From assembly GCA_035535015.1 (NCBI GenBank), contig DATLQU010000035.1:10614-74613 (forward strand): 64,000 bases of DNA. The letters run 5' to 3'. Shown in pieces: positions 17,555 through 27,122 of this stretch. Each line of letters opens with the position of its first letter. The stretch's first letter is position 1. The translations under genes were made by a program, and so were the position numbers. The notes under the pieces were generated by a model that saw only the letters and a program-made list of their open reading frames with translations, was not told where the DNA came from and ran no database searches. This DNA comes from Acidimicrobiales bacterium. GTDB lineage: Bacteria > Actinomycetota > Acidimicrobiia > Acidimicrobiales > UBA8190.

Positions 17555-18300
17555 GGCAGGATCCGGGCCACGGCGCAGGCGGCGCCGAATCCGTTGTCGA
17601 TACCGACAACGGTGAGGCCCGCGGCGCAGGATGCGTGCATGGCGAGGAGGGCGGTGACCCCTTCGAGGGCGGCGCCGTAGCCGGTGGAGACGGGAACGGC
17701 CACCACGGGGGCCCCGGTGATGCCGCCGACGAGACTGGCCAGCGCTCCCTCCATGCCGGCGACGACGACGACGGCATCGGCCTCGGCCAACTCATCGACC
17801 GAGGCCAGCAGACGATGGACCCCCGCCACCCCACAGTCGGCCAGGACGGTGGGGTGGAGTCCATAGGCGCGCAGGACGGCGACGCATTCGTCGGCCACCG
17901 GAAGGTCGGCGGTGCCCGCGGTGACGACCACCACCCGCCCGGGGCGCCGGGGGATGGGCCGCCAGACGACGGTGGTCAGAGTCCCGGTGGCCGTGATCTC
18001 GGCGCCGGGGGCCGCCTCGGCGGCGGCGGCGACCTGTGGCTCGTCGGCCCGGGTGAGCAGAACCGGGCCTCCGGCCGGCTCGGCGAGCAGCTCGGTGACG
18101 ATGAGGGCGCACTGCTGCGGGGTCTTCCCCGGCGCATAGACCGCCTCCCCCACCCTCTGGCGCAGGCGGCGGTGGTGGTCGACCCGGGCGAAGCCCAGGT
18201 CGGCATAGGGGAGGCGCCGCAGCCGGGCCACGGCTTCGTCGGGGGTGACGAGGCTGGCACGCACGTCGTCGAGGAGTTGGCGTAAGGCGGGCTCGTCCAT
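17551..18300 (-). CDS. larB: LarB, nickel-pincer cofactor biosynthesis carboxylase/hydrolase (PurE-like)
   Basis: VVVTAGTADLPVADE...VAGVHRL...VVVVAGMEGALASLVGGITGAPVVAVPVSTGYGAA...GFGAA. The start is set at MDEPALRQLL (18300). Confidence 0.85.
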   Translation of the reverse strand: MDEPALRQLLDDVRASLVTPDEAVARLRRLPYADLGFARVDHHRRLRQRVGEAVYAPGKTPQQCALIVTELLAEPAGGPVLLTRADEPQVAAAAEAAPGAEITATGTLTTVVWRPIPRRPGRVVVVTAGTADLPVADECVAVLRAYGLHPTVLADCGVAGVHRLLASVDELAEADAVVVVAGMEGALASLVGGITGAPVVAVPVSTGYGAALEGVTALLAMHASCAAGLTVVGIDNGFGAACAVARILP

Positions 18301-18323
18301 GGTCGCCACTATCCTGCCCGGAC

Positions 18324-19298
18324 ATGGAGACGGCTGCGACCTCACCGGGCAGCCCGGGATCGGGGGCGCAAAAGGGCACGATCGCCTTCCTGGGGCCGGC
18401 CGGCACCTTCACCGAGGAGGCCCTGTTCACCCAGGCCGACTACGCCTCGAAGACGGTGCTGCCGGTGGGAGGGCTACCGGAGGTGCTCGAAGCCGTGCAT
18501 AGCGGATCGGCCGACCTCGCCTTCGTGCCCATCGAGAATTCCATCGAAGGCACGGTGAACGCCATCGTGGACAGCCTGGTCTTCGACGTCGAGTTGCTGA
18601 TCCAACGCGAGGTCGTCCTGGACATCCACATGCAGTTGATGGCTCCGGCCGGATCGGACCTGGGATCGGTCCGACGGGTGCTGTCCTTTCCGCATGCCAG
18701 TGGCCAGTGCCGGCGCTTCCTGGCCGAGCAGCTTTCTGATGCCGAGGTGGTGCCGACCAACTCCACGGCCGAGGCGGCGCGGATCGTGGGCGAAGAGCGT
18801 CGGCTCGACACCGCCGCCCTGGCGCCCCGGTTGGCGGCGGAACTCTACGGGCTCGAGATCCTGGCGTCGGCGGTGGAGGATCATCCCGACAACCAGACGC
18901 GCTTCGTGGCTCTGGCGCCGAGCGGCATCCCGGCGCCGACGGGACACGACAAGACGAGCATCGTCTGTTTCCAGCGCGAGGACCGGCCGGGAAGCCTGCA
19001 TGCCATCCTGAGCGAATTCGCGGCCCGGAGCATCAACCTGACCAAGCTCGAGTCCCGACCGACGAAGCGGGGACTGGGTGACTACTGCTTTCTGATCGAC
19101 CTGTCCGGACACCTGGCCCACGAGGTGGTGGCCGACTGCCTCCGGGTACTGCACGCCGAGATCGCCGCCGTGAAGTTCCTCGGCTCCTACCCGGCGGCGG
19201 GCGAGCACGGCCCCGCTGCCCGCGAGCAGGCGGAAACGGCGTGGCGTGAGGCCGACGACTGGATCCGGTCGTTGCGGAGCCAGATCGCCCCGAGCTGA
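18324..19298 (+). CDS. pheA: Prephenate dehydratase
   Basis: IAFLGPAGTFTEEA and TRFV, plus an ACT domain (SIVCFQREDRPGSLHAILSEFAARSINLTKLESRPTK...GDYCFLIDL). Confidence 0.9.
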   Translation: METAATSPGSPGSGAQKGTIAFLGPAGTFTEEALFTQADYASKTVLPVGGLPEVLEAVHSGSADLAFVPIENSIEGTVNAIVDSLVFDVELLIQREVVLDIHMQLMAPAGSDLGSVRRVLSFPHASGQCRRFLAEQLSDAEVVPTNSTAEAARIVGEERRLDTAALAPRLAAELYGLEILASAVEDHPDNQTRFVALAPSGIPAPTGHDKTSIVCFQREDRPGSLHAILSEFAARSINLTKLESRPTKRGLGDYCFLIDLSGHLAHEVVADCLRVLHAEIAAVKFLGSYPAAGEHGPAAREQAETAWREADDWIRSLRSQIAPS

Positions 19299-19354
19299 CC
19301 GACCCCGGTTGGGACGGCTCCGGGGGTGGCGGCCGGCACTACCCTGGACGCTTC

Positions 19355-19440
19355 GGAGGGATGGCAGAGCGGACGAATGCGAAGCTCTTGAAAAGCTTTG
19401 GCCCACAAGGCCCGGGGGTTCGAATCCCCCTCCCTCCGCC
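19355..19440 (+). tRNA. tRNA-Ser (anticodon UGA), class II with long variable arm
   Basis: Hand-folded. The acceptor GGAGGGA pairs with TCCCTCC. The anticodon stem AAGCT/AGCTT carries loop CTTGAAA. The long variable arm is GGCCCACAAGGCC and the T-arm is GGGGGTTCGAATCCCCC. Discriminator G followed by CC; the terminal A is not encoded. Confidence 0.9.
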
Positions 19441-19462
19441 GTTGTTCTCGCGGCCGGCCATC

Positions 19463-21058
19463 CTACCCGTCAGTGTCGGGGGCCTTCGCCGCGGCCGACA
19501 CCTGCGAGGGTCTCGGTGTGCCGGTGAGCGTGGTCTTCGGATGGACCGGAAGGACGACAGGGCCCCGGGGACTCTGATTGAAGTCGAAGTCCTGGGTCAG
19601 GTTGCCGAGGATCTTCTCGGATTCGCGAACATCTGGTCGCGGATCGGGTCGACCGTCGGTGGCGGGATCGAGACGTCGGCCGTTCAGAAAGTCGTCCTCG
19701 ATGAACTTGTCGTAGGCATCGAAGCTCAGGGTCTGATGGTCGATATAGCCGTGTTTGGCGTAAGGGCTTATGACAACGCCCGGCACCCGAAGGCCGTAGC
19801 CGTTCTCGTCCACGGTGGGCGGCACGACGTTGTCGTAGAAGCCGCCCCAGTCGTCCCACGCCAAGAAGATCGCCGTTGATTCCCAGTCCGGACTCTTCAT
19901 GACCGCGTTGATGAGGCTGGTCACGTAACTCTGGCCGTAACTGACGGGGGCAGGGGGATGCTCGCTCACCGCACCGGAGGGCACGACCCAGGACACGGCC
20001 GGGAGCGTGCCCTTCTTCGCCGCCGAGTAGAAACGGTCGACCGACTGGATATTCCCGAGTTGGTGATCAGCCTTCACCGTGTCGAACCAGGGAAGTGGGT
20101 TCCAGATCCCAGGCGTGTTGGAGTTCTGCTGAACCGGTGCGCAGGTCTCTGCCGCCGGGTTCTCGCAGTCCGGTTCGGTGCCGCTCACCACGTAGTAGCC
20201 CCAGCTGACGTGAGACTTGTGGAGCAGGTAGGTCAGATCTGTCCAGGCGTAGATGGGTTGGCCGACCGTCGTCTTCTTGTTTCCATGTTTGGGATTGCCA
20301 CCACCTGTTTTCGGACCTTCCTCGCCGCCGTAGTAGGCGGGGCGGTTGGGCGGGCGCTCAGCGGGACGGGTCTGGAGGGCGTTCACGCAGCTCGAGGGGT
20401 TGTCGGCCTGGGTGCAGTAGGCGGACCACTCCGACACCAGGAAGAGGTGGGACGGCAGGCTCCACGAGGCGTTGGGCTCGAACATGTGGTCCTGGAGAAC
20501 GAAGTCTTTGGCATAGGTCCAGTAGTTCGGTATGTCGCTCTGGGTGTGATAGCCCATGACGTCTGGCTGGGACGAGTTCGTGCACGTCGGGTCGGTGGGG
20601 ATGAGACAGCCTTTGCGACCTGACTCGGCTTGTCCGATGAACCCGTCCATCTTTCCCCCATTGATGTCAGCCATGGCGTTGGGAGCTGAATGGGGCCCGC
20701 CGCCGTTCACGTCGGCATGATCGACATAGGGAGCGACACAGGTCCCTGTCGCCGGATCGTTGACGCACACCGAGGGAACGCCTTTGTTCATGGGGATCCC
20801 CTCGGCACCCGGGAACGTGCCGAAGTAAGAGTCGAAGGACCGGTTCTCCTGCTGGATCACGATCACGTGCCGTATCTTGTGGATACCCGCCGGCACGATG
20901 TAATGACCTGTCGGCCCACCGATCACCCTCTCCAGACTCGTGGGGGGCGGTTTTGACGGACGGCTACACGCGGCGAGCATCAAGGGTGCGAAGAGGCAAA
21001 GGAGAAGGATAAATCGCCAGGCGAAACGGCCACATGTCGATGGTTGCGGTGGCCTCAT
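19463..21058 (-). CDS. Secreted phosphoesterase-family protein (phospholipase C / AcpA acid phosphatase family)
   Basis: Signal-anchor or lipobox-like N-terminus (LLCLFAPLMLAACS) and the family motif IRHVIVIQQENRSFDSYFGTFPGAEG. Confidence 0.8.
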   Translation of the reverse strand: MRPPQPSTCGRFAWRFILLLCLFAPLMLAACSRPSKPPPTSLERVIGGPTGHYIVPAGIHKIRHVIVIQQENRSFDSYFGTFPGAEGIPMNKGVPSVCVNDPATGTCVAPYVDHADVNGGGPHSAPNAMADINGGKMDGFIGQAESGRKGCLIPTDPTCTNSSQPDVMGYHTQSDIPNYWTYAKDFVLQDHMFEPNASWSLPSHLFLVSEWSAYCTQADNPSSCVNALQTRPAERPPNRPAYYGGEEGPKTGGGNPKHGNKKTTVGQPIYAWTDLTYLLHKSHVSWGYYVVSGTEPDCENPAAETCAPVQQNSNTPGIWNPLPWFDTVKADHQLGNIQSVDRFYSAAKKGTLPAVSWVVPSGAVSEHPPAPVSYGQSYVTSLINAVMKSPDWESTAIFLAWDDWGGFYDNVVPPTVDENGYGLRVPGVVISPYAKHGYIDHQTLSFDAYDKFIEDDFLNGRRLDPATDGRPDPRPDVRESEKILGNLTQDFDFNQSPRGPVVLPVHPKTTLTGTPRPSQVSAAAKAPDTDG

Positions 21059-21218
21059 GCGTCCTCTTTACGGATCGGTCGACCGAAGAATCCGGCGGTG
21101 TGATCAATCGGTTCGCCAGCCGGTCGAGGGGTCAATTGTCTCCGTCGTCCCCTCAGTCTGCGACGTCGTCGGTATACTGTCAACCGTGGTTGTCAATCGT
21201 TTCAGGAGCCGGTAGAAG

Positions 21219-21752
21219 ATGCAGGAGGGGATCCTCGGGAAGGTTGCGACACAGCAAGCCGTCCAGCAGCGGGTCGGGCTCGGTGTCGCCCTCCGACAAG
21301 CGTGGATCGGCTATCACCGTCGACTGGATGACGAACTGGCGGCCGGCGGTTTCGGTGGTCACGGGTTCCCCGACGGGCGAGTGCTGCGCATGTGTTCTGA
21401 TTCGACCGGTACGACGATCTCGGAAATCGGTCGGCAGCTCGGCATCACCCGCCAAGGAGCGAGCAAGAGTGTCGCCAGTCTCCGTGATCGGGGTTATGTG
21501 ACGGTCCGTTCCTCGGCCACGAGTGGCAGGGAGAAGTCCGTGGAGCTCACCCCTCGGGCGGCGGCCTACCTGGTCGCCCGGAGGAAGGCGCTCCGGAAGA
21601 TCGAACGGCAGTTGCGCAATGCCTTGGGAGGGTCGGACTTCACCAACCTGTTCCGACTCCTGGAGGCCATTGGGGGAGACGAACAACCGCGGATGAGGGA
21701 TTACCTTCAGAAGATGACGTCAGCGGGGGACTTGTCTGATACCGATATTTGA
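21219..21752 (+). CDS. MarR-family transcriptional regulator
   Basis: Winged-helix segment ISEIGRQLGITRQGASKSVASLRDRGYVTV...REKSVELT. Confidence 0.75.
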   Translation: MQEGILGKVATQQAVQQRVGLGVALRQAWIGYHRRLDDELAAGGFGGHGFPDGRVLRMCSDSTGTTISEIGRQLGITRQGASKSVASLRDRGYVTVRSSATSGREKSVELTPRAAAYLVARRKALRKIERQLRNALGGSDFTNLFRLLEAIGGDEQPRMRDYLQKMTSAGDLSDTDI

Positions 21753-21985
21753 CGCCAGGTAGCGGGCACCAACCGGTACGCGTCACCGATGCCAAGAGTC
21801 TCTTCTCGCCCGTCCGAGGGGTCGTCCTGAGACTGCTGTCCAGCATGGCCGTCCTCTTCGCGGTACTGGATGGTGGCGTCAGACGGCATCTTCTCCTTCA
21901 ACGCCGTCTTCGCCGGATCCATGAGAGGAAAGCCCATGAACAAGCCCATCGTGGGCATGGCCTCCAGCCGACCTCGACGACAGGC

Positions 21986-23395
21986 TCAGATCTTGTTCAA
22001 GAACGGAACCAGGTGGTCGAAGAAGACGTTGTCGGGGTAGGCGCCGGCCGGATCGTTGTGGGAATAACTGCTCTTCCGGTTCACCAAGGTCAGGTTGCTC
22101 AGTGGGATATGGGACTGCTTGGCCAGGGTGCGGGCATCAAGGAGGACCCCCGCCCCACCCAGCCGAGCTCCGAAGGCGTAGATGTGCAGGTTCTTGGGGA
22201 GGTGGTGACCCATGGTGGCGTTGACATCGAGCACCTTCTGCGAGGGATTGGCGTTCCCGTTGTCCACGGCGCTCGTGTCGTCGGTCAGACGCTGGGGGAA
22301 ATACCATTCGGTGCCGTCGACACTCTTCATCGGATAGCCCGAGAACATGGTGGCGAAGCGCTTGATGGGTGTGAGGGCACCGGCACCGTTCCAGCCGTGG
22401 ACGGTCCCCGACGGCGAGACTCCCTTTCCGAGGTGGGCCTGGGCCGCCAAGAGGCTCGCGGGCGACGTCGCCGCGTTCAGGGCATAGCCGTACTGCCCCA
22501 GGTTGGTGACCGGAACGGCGGGCACGATGTCAGCGGGCAGAATCCCTGAGGATTCACCCAGTGACGCTGAATTGGGATCGAGGAGTGCGGCCGCCGATCC
22601 CGTGGCGTTGAACACGCCGGCGTAGGGCGCCGGGATCGTCCCGAACGTGAGCCACGGAGAGGCCGTCGGAGCATCGAGTGACGCCAGAGTCTGGGTGGCC
22701 GTGGCCGAGCTCGGTGGTCTCCCGATGCTGCCCCCGTCGATGTAGACCAGGCCGGCCAGGTCGTCGGCCCCGGCGCGGCCTTTGAAATTCCAGGCGGCGT
22801 AGGCGGTGACGACGGCCCCGCCCAACGAGTGGCCACCGAGGACGACCTTTCCCCCGAGTTTCTTGGCCGCCTTGATCACGATGCGGAGGTCCTGAACGGC
22901 CACGTTCATTCCCCACTGTTTGGCGAATGCGACGGAGGAATTGGGGATGAGTTGGAAGTGATCGGTGATGCTCGGGTCTTTGAGATAGCCGAGGTAGTAG
23001 TCGAACAGCTCCTTGGAGGTGACCTTCTTTTCTTTGTAGAGATTGAGGACGGACTGGTCTTCGAGCAGGTTCTCCCGGCGCTCGACCGACCAGACCTGCC
23101 AACCCTTCGTCTTGGCCACGATCCACTGGGCCAGCGGCACGAAGTAGGCGGCACCGGCCGAGGTCCCGGGCTCGAGAACGAGGATGTTCTTGGCGCGGCT
23201 CGGTCCGACCTTGATCACGCCTACCTTGTCGTACTTGGCCGGTGTTCCCGGAGCGGCGAAACCCTTCATCCAGGAGACGGCCAGCGGCTTGACGGAAACG
23301 CTGGCCGAACTGGCCGCACTCGGAAGTCCCGCCAGCACGATCGCCGTGGCCACCACCGTCAGCAGGCCCCGGCCCGTCTTCCCCGTCAGTCGCAT
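21986..23395 (-). CDS. Secreted alpha/beta-fold hydrolase (lipase/esterase-like)
   Basis: Start set at 23395 (MRLTGKTGRGLLTVVATAIVLAGLPSAASSASV signal peptide). Nucleophile elbow VVLGGHSLGG. Confidence 0.7.
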   Translation of the reverse strand: MRLTGKTGRGLLTVVATAIVLAGLPSAASSASVSVKPLAVSWMKGFAAPGTPAKYDKVGVIKVGPSRAKNILVLEPGTSAGAAYFVPLAQWIVAKTKGWQVWSVERRENLLEDQSVLNLYKEKKVTSKELFDYYLGYLKDPSITDHFQLIPNSSVAFAKQWGMNVAVQDLRIVIKAAKKLGGKVVLGGHSLGGAVVTAYAAWNFKGRAGADDLAGLVYIDGGSIGRPPSSATATQTLASLDAPTASPWLTFGTIPAPYAGVFNATGSAAALLDPNSASLGESSGILPADIVPAVPVTNLGQYGYALNAATSPASLLAAQAHLGKGVSPSGTVHGWNGAGALTPIKRFATMFSGYPMKSVDGTEWYFPQRLTDDTSAVDNGNANPSQKVLDVNATMGHHLPKNLHIYAFGARLGGAGVLLDARTLAKQSHIPLSNLTLVNRKSSYSHNDPAGAYPDNVFFDHLVPFLNKI

Positions 23396-23412
23396 CTTCC
23401 CCGTCCTCCTTC

Positions 23413-23427
23413 GCGAACGATGTTCGC
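23413..23427. promoter_or_regulatory. Palindromic operator candidate (GCGAAC-gat-GTTCGC) in the 24-bp divergent spacer between the hydrolase and tetR-like genes
   Basis: The 6-bp arms are exact reverse complements. A further GTGTTCGC half-site lies about 20 bp downstream. Confidence 0.4.
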
Positions 23428-24208
23428 TACGATAGGATCGGTGTTCGCAGCAAGCAAGCAGCCCGACGAGACGCAGGCCGGGACCGCCGCATGGTGGCGG
23501 AATCGGTACCCACAGCGGCTCCGGCATCGCGACCGGGGACTCACGTTGGAAGGGATCTGCACGGCCGCTCTCGCCATCCTCGACCGCGACGGACTGCGCG
23601 AGCTGACCATGCGCAGACTGGCCGACGAGCTGGGAACGGGTCCCGCTTCGCTCTACCGGTACATCGCCAGTCGTGAAGAGCTCCTGGTGGAGTTGGCGGA
23701 CAGGTTGATCGGCGAGCTCTCAGCACCAGACGAATCACTGGGTTGGCGTGACGCCGTCGAACAATTGGCGCACGAACTCCGCCGAGTCCTGTTGGCCCAC
23801 GGAGGGGTTGTTCTGCTCATCACAAATGGACCTCTTCTCGGCCCCAATTCGATGCGGCTACGGGAGATGTTCTGGCGGGTGATGGACCGTGACGGTTGCG
23901 AACCACAATTCGCCGTCCAGACCTACTTCACCGTCATCCACTTCGTGGTGTGCTCGGCTCTCTTCGGTGCCGGTACCAGCCGAAGAGGGAATACCACCTG
24001 GGAGGACAGCCGGCGCCGCGGCTCGGGGTTGGCCGATCTGCTCGACGTCCTACCGGCGCGGCTCTACCCGACCGTGCTCAAATTCAGCGAATTCGGTGAC
24101 CGGCCCGATCCTGAATACGACTTCGACTTCGGGCTCCGCTCCCTTCTCGACGGCCTCGAGATTGCGTCGGGGGCCGTGAAGGCGACCGGGAACGGGCCAC
24201 CGAACTGA
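23420..24208 (+). CDS. TetR-family transcriptional regulator
   Basis: HTH region TMRRLADELGTGPASLYRYIASREELL. I trimmed the track ORF (22829..) to the ATG at 23420. The start could be a little further downstream because the ATG sits inside the palindrome. Confidence 0.75.
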   Translation: MFATIGSVFAASKQPDETQAGTAAWWRNRYPQRLRHRDRGLTLEGICTAALAILDRDGLRELTMRRLADELGTGPASLYRYIASREELLVELADRLIGELSAPDESLGWRDAVEQLAHELRRVLLAHGGVVLLITNGPLLGPNSMRLREMFWRVMDRDGCEPQFAVQTYFTVIHFVVCSALFGAGTSRRGNTTWEDSRRRGSGLADLLDVLPARLYPTVLKFSEFGDRPDPEYDFDFGLRSLLDGLEIASGAVKATGNGPPN

Positions 24209-24258
24209 GGGGATGGACGGTACCGCAGGATCCCGAGGCCCGGAAAGGAACGTCATCA

Positions 24259-24723
24259 ATGGCAGTGGACGTAGTCACCGAGATCACCATCGACGCTCCC
24301 CGAAGTGACGTTGCCGCGTACGCCGCCAATCCCGACAATGTGACCTCCTGGTACGCCAACATCGAGGCCGTCGAGTGGAGGTCGCCCAAGCCGGCCGTGG
24401 TCGGCTCCAAAATCGTCTTCGTGGCTCGCTTCCTCGGCAGTCGGCTGGCCTACACCTACGAGGTGAAGGAGGCCGTCCCCGGGTTCCGGTTCGTGATGAG
24501 CACTGACGATGGACCCTTCCCCATGGAGACGACGTACAGCTGGGAGGACACGCCCGACGGTGCGACGAGAATGACGTTGCGCAACCGGGGTGAGCCGTCC
24601 GGGCTCTCGAAGCTCGGACGGCCCTGGATGGTGAGGGCGATGCGCCGAGCCAACGGCAAGGACCTCACTCAACTGAAGAGGATCCTGGAGTCGACTTCCC
24701 TGCCCCCCGGTCCCCGGGGCTGA
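24259..24723 (+). CDS. SRPBCC-superfamily protein (polyketide-cyclase/START-like)
   Basis: Typical N-terminus VTEITIDAPRSDVAAYAANPDNVTSWYANIEAVEW and a ~150-aa size. Confidence 0.6.
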   Translation: MAVDVVTEITIDAPRSDVAAYAANPDNVTSWYANIEAVEWRSPKPAVVGSKIVFVARFLGSRLAYTYEVKEAVPGFRFVMSTDDGPFPMETTYSWEDTPDGATRMTLRNRGEPSGLSKLGRPWMVRAMRRANGKDLTQLKRILESTSLPPGPRG

Positions 24724-24818
24724 CGAGGATTTCCTCCCAACCTGTCCATCAGGGTCGTCGACCGGCGTCAATTGAGCAGGCGGAGATCCCGCCTCGGCGG
24801 CCAGACGAACGAGGACTC

Positions 24819-25346
24819 ATGGCCGGTTATGCCGCCTTCAGCAAGGAGCTCGCCTCGCACGGCCGCCCCTTCACCAGCGACCCGCTCAACGGACCGGAGA
24901 CAGCCACCACCGTCCGGGTGCGACACGGCCAGACCCTGATCGTCGACGGACCCTTCGCCGAGACGAAGGAATGGATATCGGGGTTCTACATCATCGAGTG
25001 CCCGGCGCGCCGAGCTCACCGACTGGGCCACCATCGTGCGCCTCTACAACCACATTTTGCAGTGGGAGCCGACCGCGGTGGTCAAGCTCAATCGAGCGGT
25101 GGCTGTCGCCATGGCCCAGAGGCCGGCCGACGGGCTGGCACTGCTCGACCACCCGACCCTGTCCGACGTTCTCGTCGACTATCACCTGTATCACTCGACG
25201 CGAGCCGATCTGCTGCGCCGGGCCGGGCGAACCCAGGAGGCGGTTCGGCCTACCGACGGGCTCGGCGGCAGACGAACAACGCCGCCGAGCACAACTTCCT
25301 CGATCGCCGGCTGAAGGAACTGGGTGACGCCGTGGCCGGAGGTTGA
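24819..25346 (+). pseudogene. Deletion fusion of a YciI/DGPF-family gene to the last ~95 codons of an ECF-type sigma factor, with an additional frameshift
   Basis: The first 62 codons end in the family motif DGPFAETKEWISGFYIIEC. At about 25003 the sequence jumps, in a different frame, to AELTDWATIVRLYNHILQWEPTAVVKLNRAVAVAMAQRPADGLALLD...ADLLRRAGRTQEA. This is the C-terminal extension of sigma factors usually encoded next to DGPF genes. The end of that sigma region (AYRRARRQTNNAAEHNFLDRRLKEL) is in yet another frame. Confidence 0.6.
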
Positions 25347-26007
25347 AGGGGTCAGCCGGGTGGATGGCGACATCCGGGAGCCGAGAGTGGGCACGCCGTC
25401 ACCGGTGAGGGCGGCCCAGGCGTCCTTGCGACCCGTCATGGCCAGAACCAGTGACACCAGAGGTCCCGCGGCTTCGGGGCCGTCGCCCGCTGTCAGTTGG
25501 TATCGCTCGCCCGTAGCCGGAGTCCGGCGATCCTCTTCTTCGAACCGAGGAGGATGTTCGATTTCTTGTGGGAGTCGGCCACGGCCACGACCGCCTCTTC
25601 CGGCGGCTCGTGGGCGATGCCCAGAGGGCGCCGGATGTCCTCTGCGTGGACCACGATCTCTCCCCGCATGGCCATGACGGGTGCAGGCGGGTGATTGGTC
25701 GTGGTCGTCCGGGCCCGGAGTCGCTCGATCTGGACCGGCGGATCGAGAGGGCCAAGACGCTTGGCCACCCGGTCGGTGAAGACCGGGAACTTGAATCCGG
25801 CGGAGATCAATTCCTGGTAGAAATTGCCCGGCGTCTGCTCGGTGGCGGCCAGGATGTGGCCGGTTTACTGGTGGACCGACCACCCGATCCGGCGCAGAGA
25901 GACGGTGTCGCCCGGGCCTCGGCGGACAAGCCGGCCACGGTGTCGGCCATCAGGGCCCTCTTCGAATGGTCTTGCTTCCCGGTCTCGTCTGTCTTCGTGG
26001 AAACGAC
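25345..26007 (-). pseudogene. Disrupted DinB-like / mycothiol-dependent maleylpyruvate-isomerase-family gene (several frame changes and an in-frame stop); boundaries approximate
   Basis: Family-like segments lie in three different minus-strand frames. (1) KRALMADTVAGLSAEARATPSLCAG. (2) GWSVHQ-TAA-TGHILAATEQTPGNFYQELISAGFKFPVFTDRVAKRLG...GEIVVHAEDIRRPLG...GLRLRASDTN-stop. (3) YQLTAGDGPEAAGPLVSLVLAMTGRKDAWAALTGDGVPTL. Confidence 0.55.
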
Positions 26008-26279
26008 CTCTCTCGTCGGGGCACCTGCCCCGGGACCAAATCCCTGACGCTGGCCGAGCTCCCGGATCGACAGCCCCCGGGAAGAGTTCCGCAGAATCGT
26101 TGTCGTGAGCACAGGCCGCCGAGAGACACGGACAGTGACGGGACCCGGACAAGATGCAGGTGGTCGGTCACAGTAGGAGAGGTCCGCCGGGCGGTCGGGA
26201 CGGCGCCGCCTGGCTCTCCCGCCGCCCGGGTCACGTGACGGAAGTCGATGGTCGAAATGCCCGATCCCCATGGGCGGCC

Positions 26280-27074
26280 ATGCCTAGACTGCGCCGCGTG
26301 GCGCGAGTGGTAGCTGTAGCGAATCAAAAAGGTGGCGTCGCCAAGACGACGACGGTGCACTCCCTGGGATTTGCCTTGGCCGAGTCGGGACACCGAGTGT
26401 TGCTCATCGATCTCGACCCCCAGGCCTGCCTGACCTACTCCACGGGGCTCGAGCCGAGTGGGTTGAATGCGTCGCTGCACGACGTCTTCGTCAGGACGAT
26501 GAAGGCGGCCGACGTCCGCTATGTGGTGGGCGGGGTCGAAGGTCTCCATATTCTTCCCGCCACCATCGATCTGGCCAGCACCGAGGTGCACCTTCTCACC
26601 CGGACCGCCCGGGAACATGTTCTGCGCCGGGCGCTGAAGGGTCTGCACGACGAGTACGACATGATGCTGATCGATTGCCCGCCGTCGCTCGGGATCCTGG
26701 CCATCAACGGTCTATGCGCCGCTGACGAGGTGTTGATTCCGCTTCAGTGCGAGACGCTGTGCAGCCGCGGCGTGGGACAATTGCTCGAAATGATCGACGA
26801 TGTACGCATGTTCGCCAACGCCGATCTCAGAGTCCGGGGAATCATCAACACCCTGTACGACGAACGGACCAGTCATGGTCGGGGTGTCCTGGCCGACGTG
26901 AAGGAGCGCTACGGGCTCGAGATCCTCGACCCCCCGGTGCGGAAATCCGTCCGTTTCGCCGAGGCTCCCGAGTTCGGTCGCTGCATCTTGCAGCACGCGC
27001 CGGCTTCGGCCGGCGCCGAGGCATACCGCGCCCTCGCCCGCGAGCTCGCCGTCGAACGGTGTCTCGTCAGTTGA
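26280..27074 (+). CDS. ParA/Soj-family P-loop ATPase
   Basis: Deviant Walker A: VVAVANQKGGVAKTTTV. Also LLIDLDPQ and MLIDCPPSLG. Start set at MPRLRRVARV (26280). Confidence 0.85.
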   Translation: MPRLRRVARVVAVANQKGGVAKTTTVHSLGFALAESGHRVLLIDLDPQACLTYSTGLEPSGLNASLHDVFVRTMKAADVRYVVGGVEGLHILPATIDLASTEVHLLTRTAREHVLRRALKGLHDEYDMMLIDCPPSLGILAINGLCAADEVLIPLQCETLCSRGVGQLLEMIDDVRMFANADLRVRGIINTLYDERTSHGRGVLADVKERYGLEILDPPVRKSVRFAEAPEFGRCILQHAPASAGAEAYRALARELAVERCLVS

Positions 27075-27122
27075 GAGGCCGGGGCCGACGGGGCAACGGG
27101 ATGAACAGGTGGAGGGAGAGCC

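Noticed and set aside
21170-21200. Partial palindrome CAACC-gt-GGTTG in the phosphoesterase/marR divergent spacer, as a MarR operator.
   Set aside because: It has only 5-bp arms. That is too short to distinguish from chance without comparative data.
19441-26010. Integrated mobile element next to tRNA-Ser.
   Set aside because: No integrase, transposase, phage or conjugation gene is present, and no att-like direct repeat was seen by eye. I kept it only as a low-interest hypothesis.
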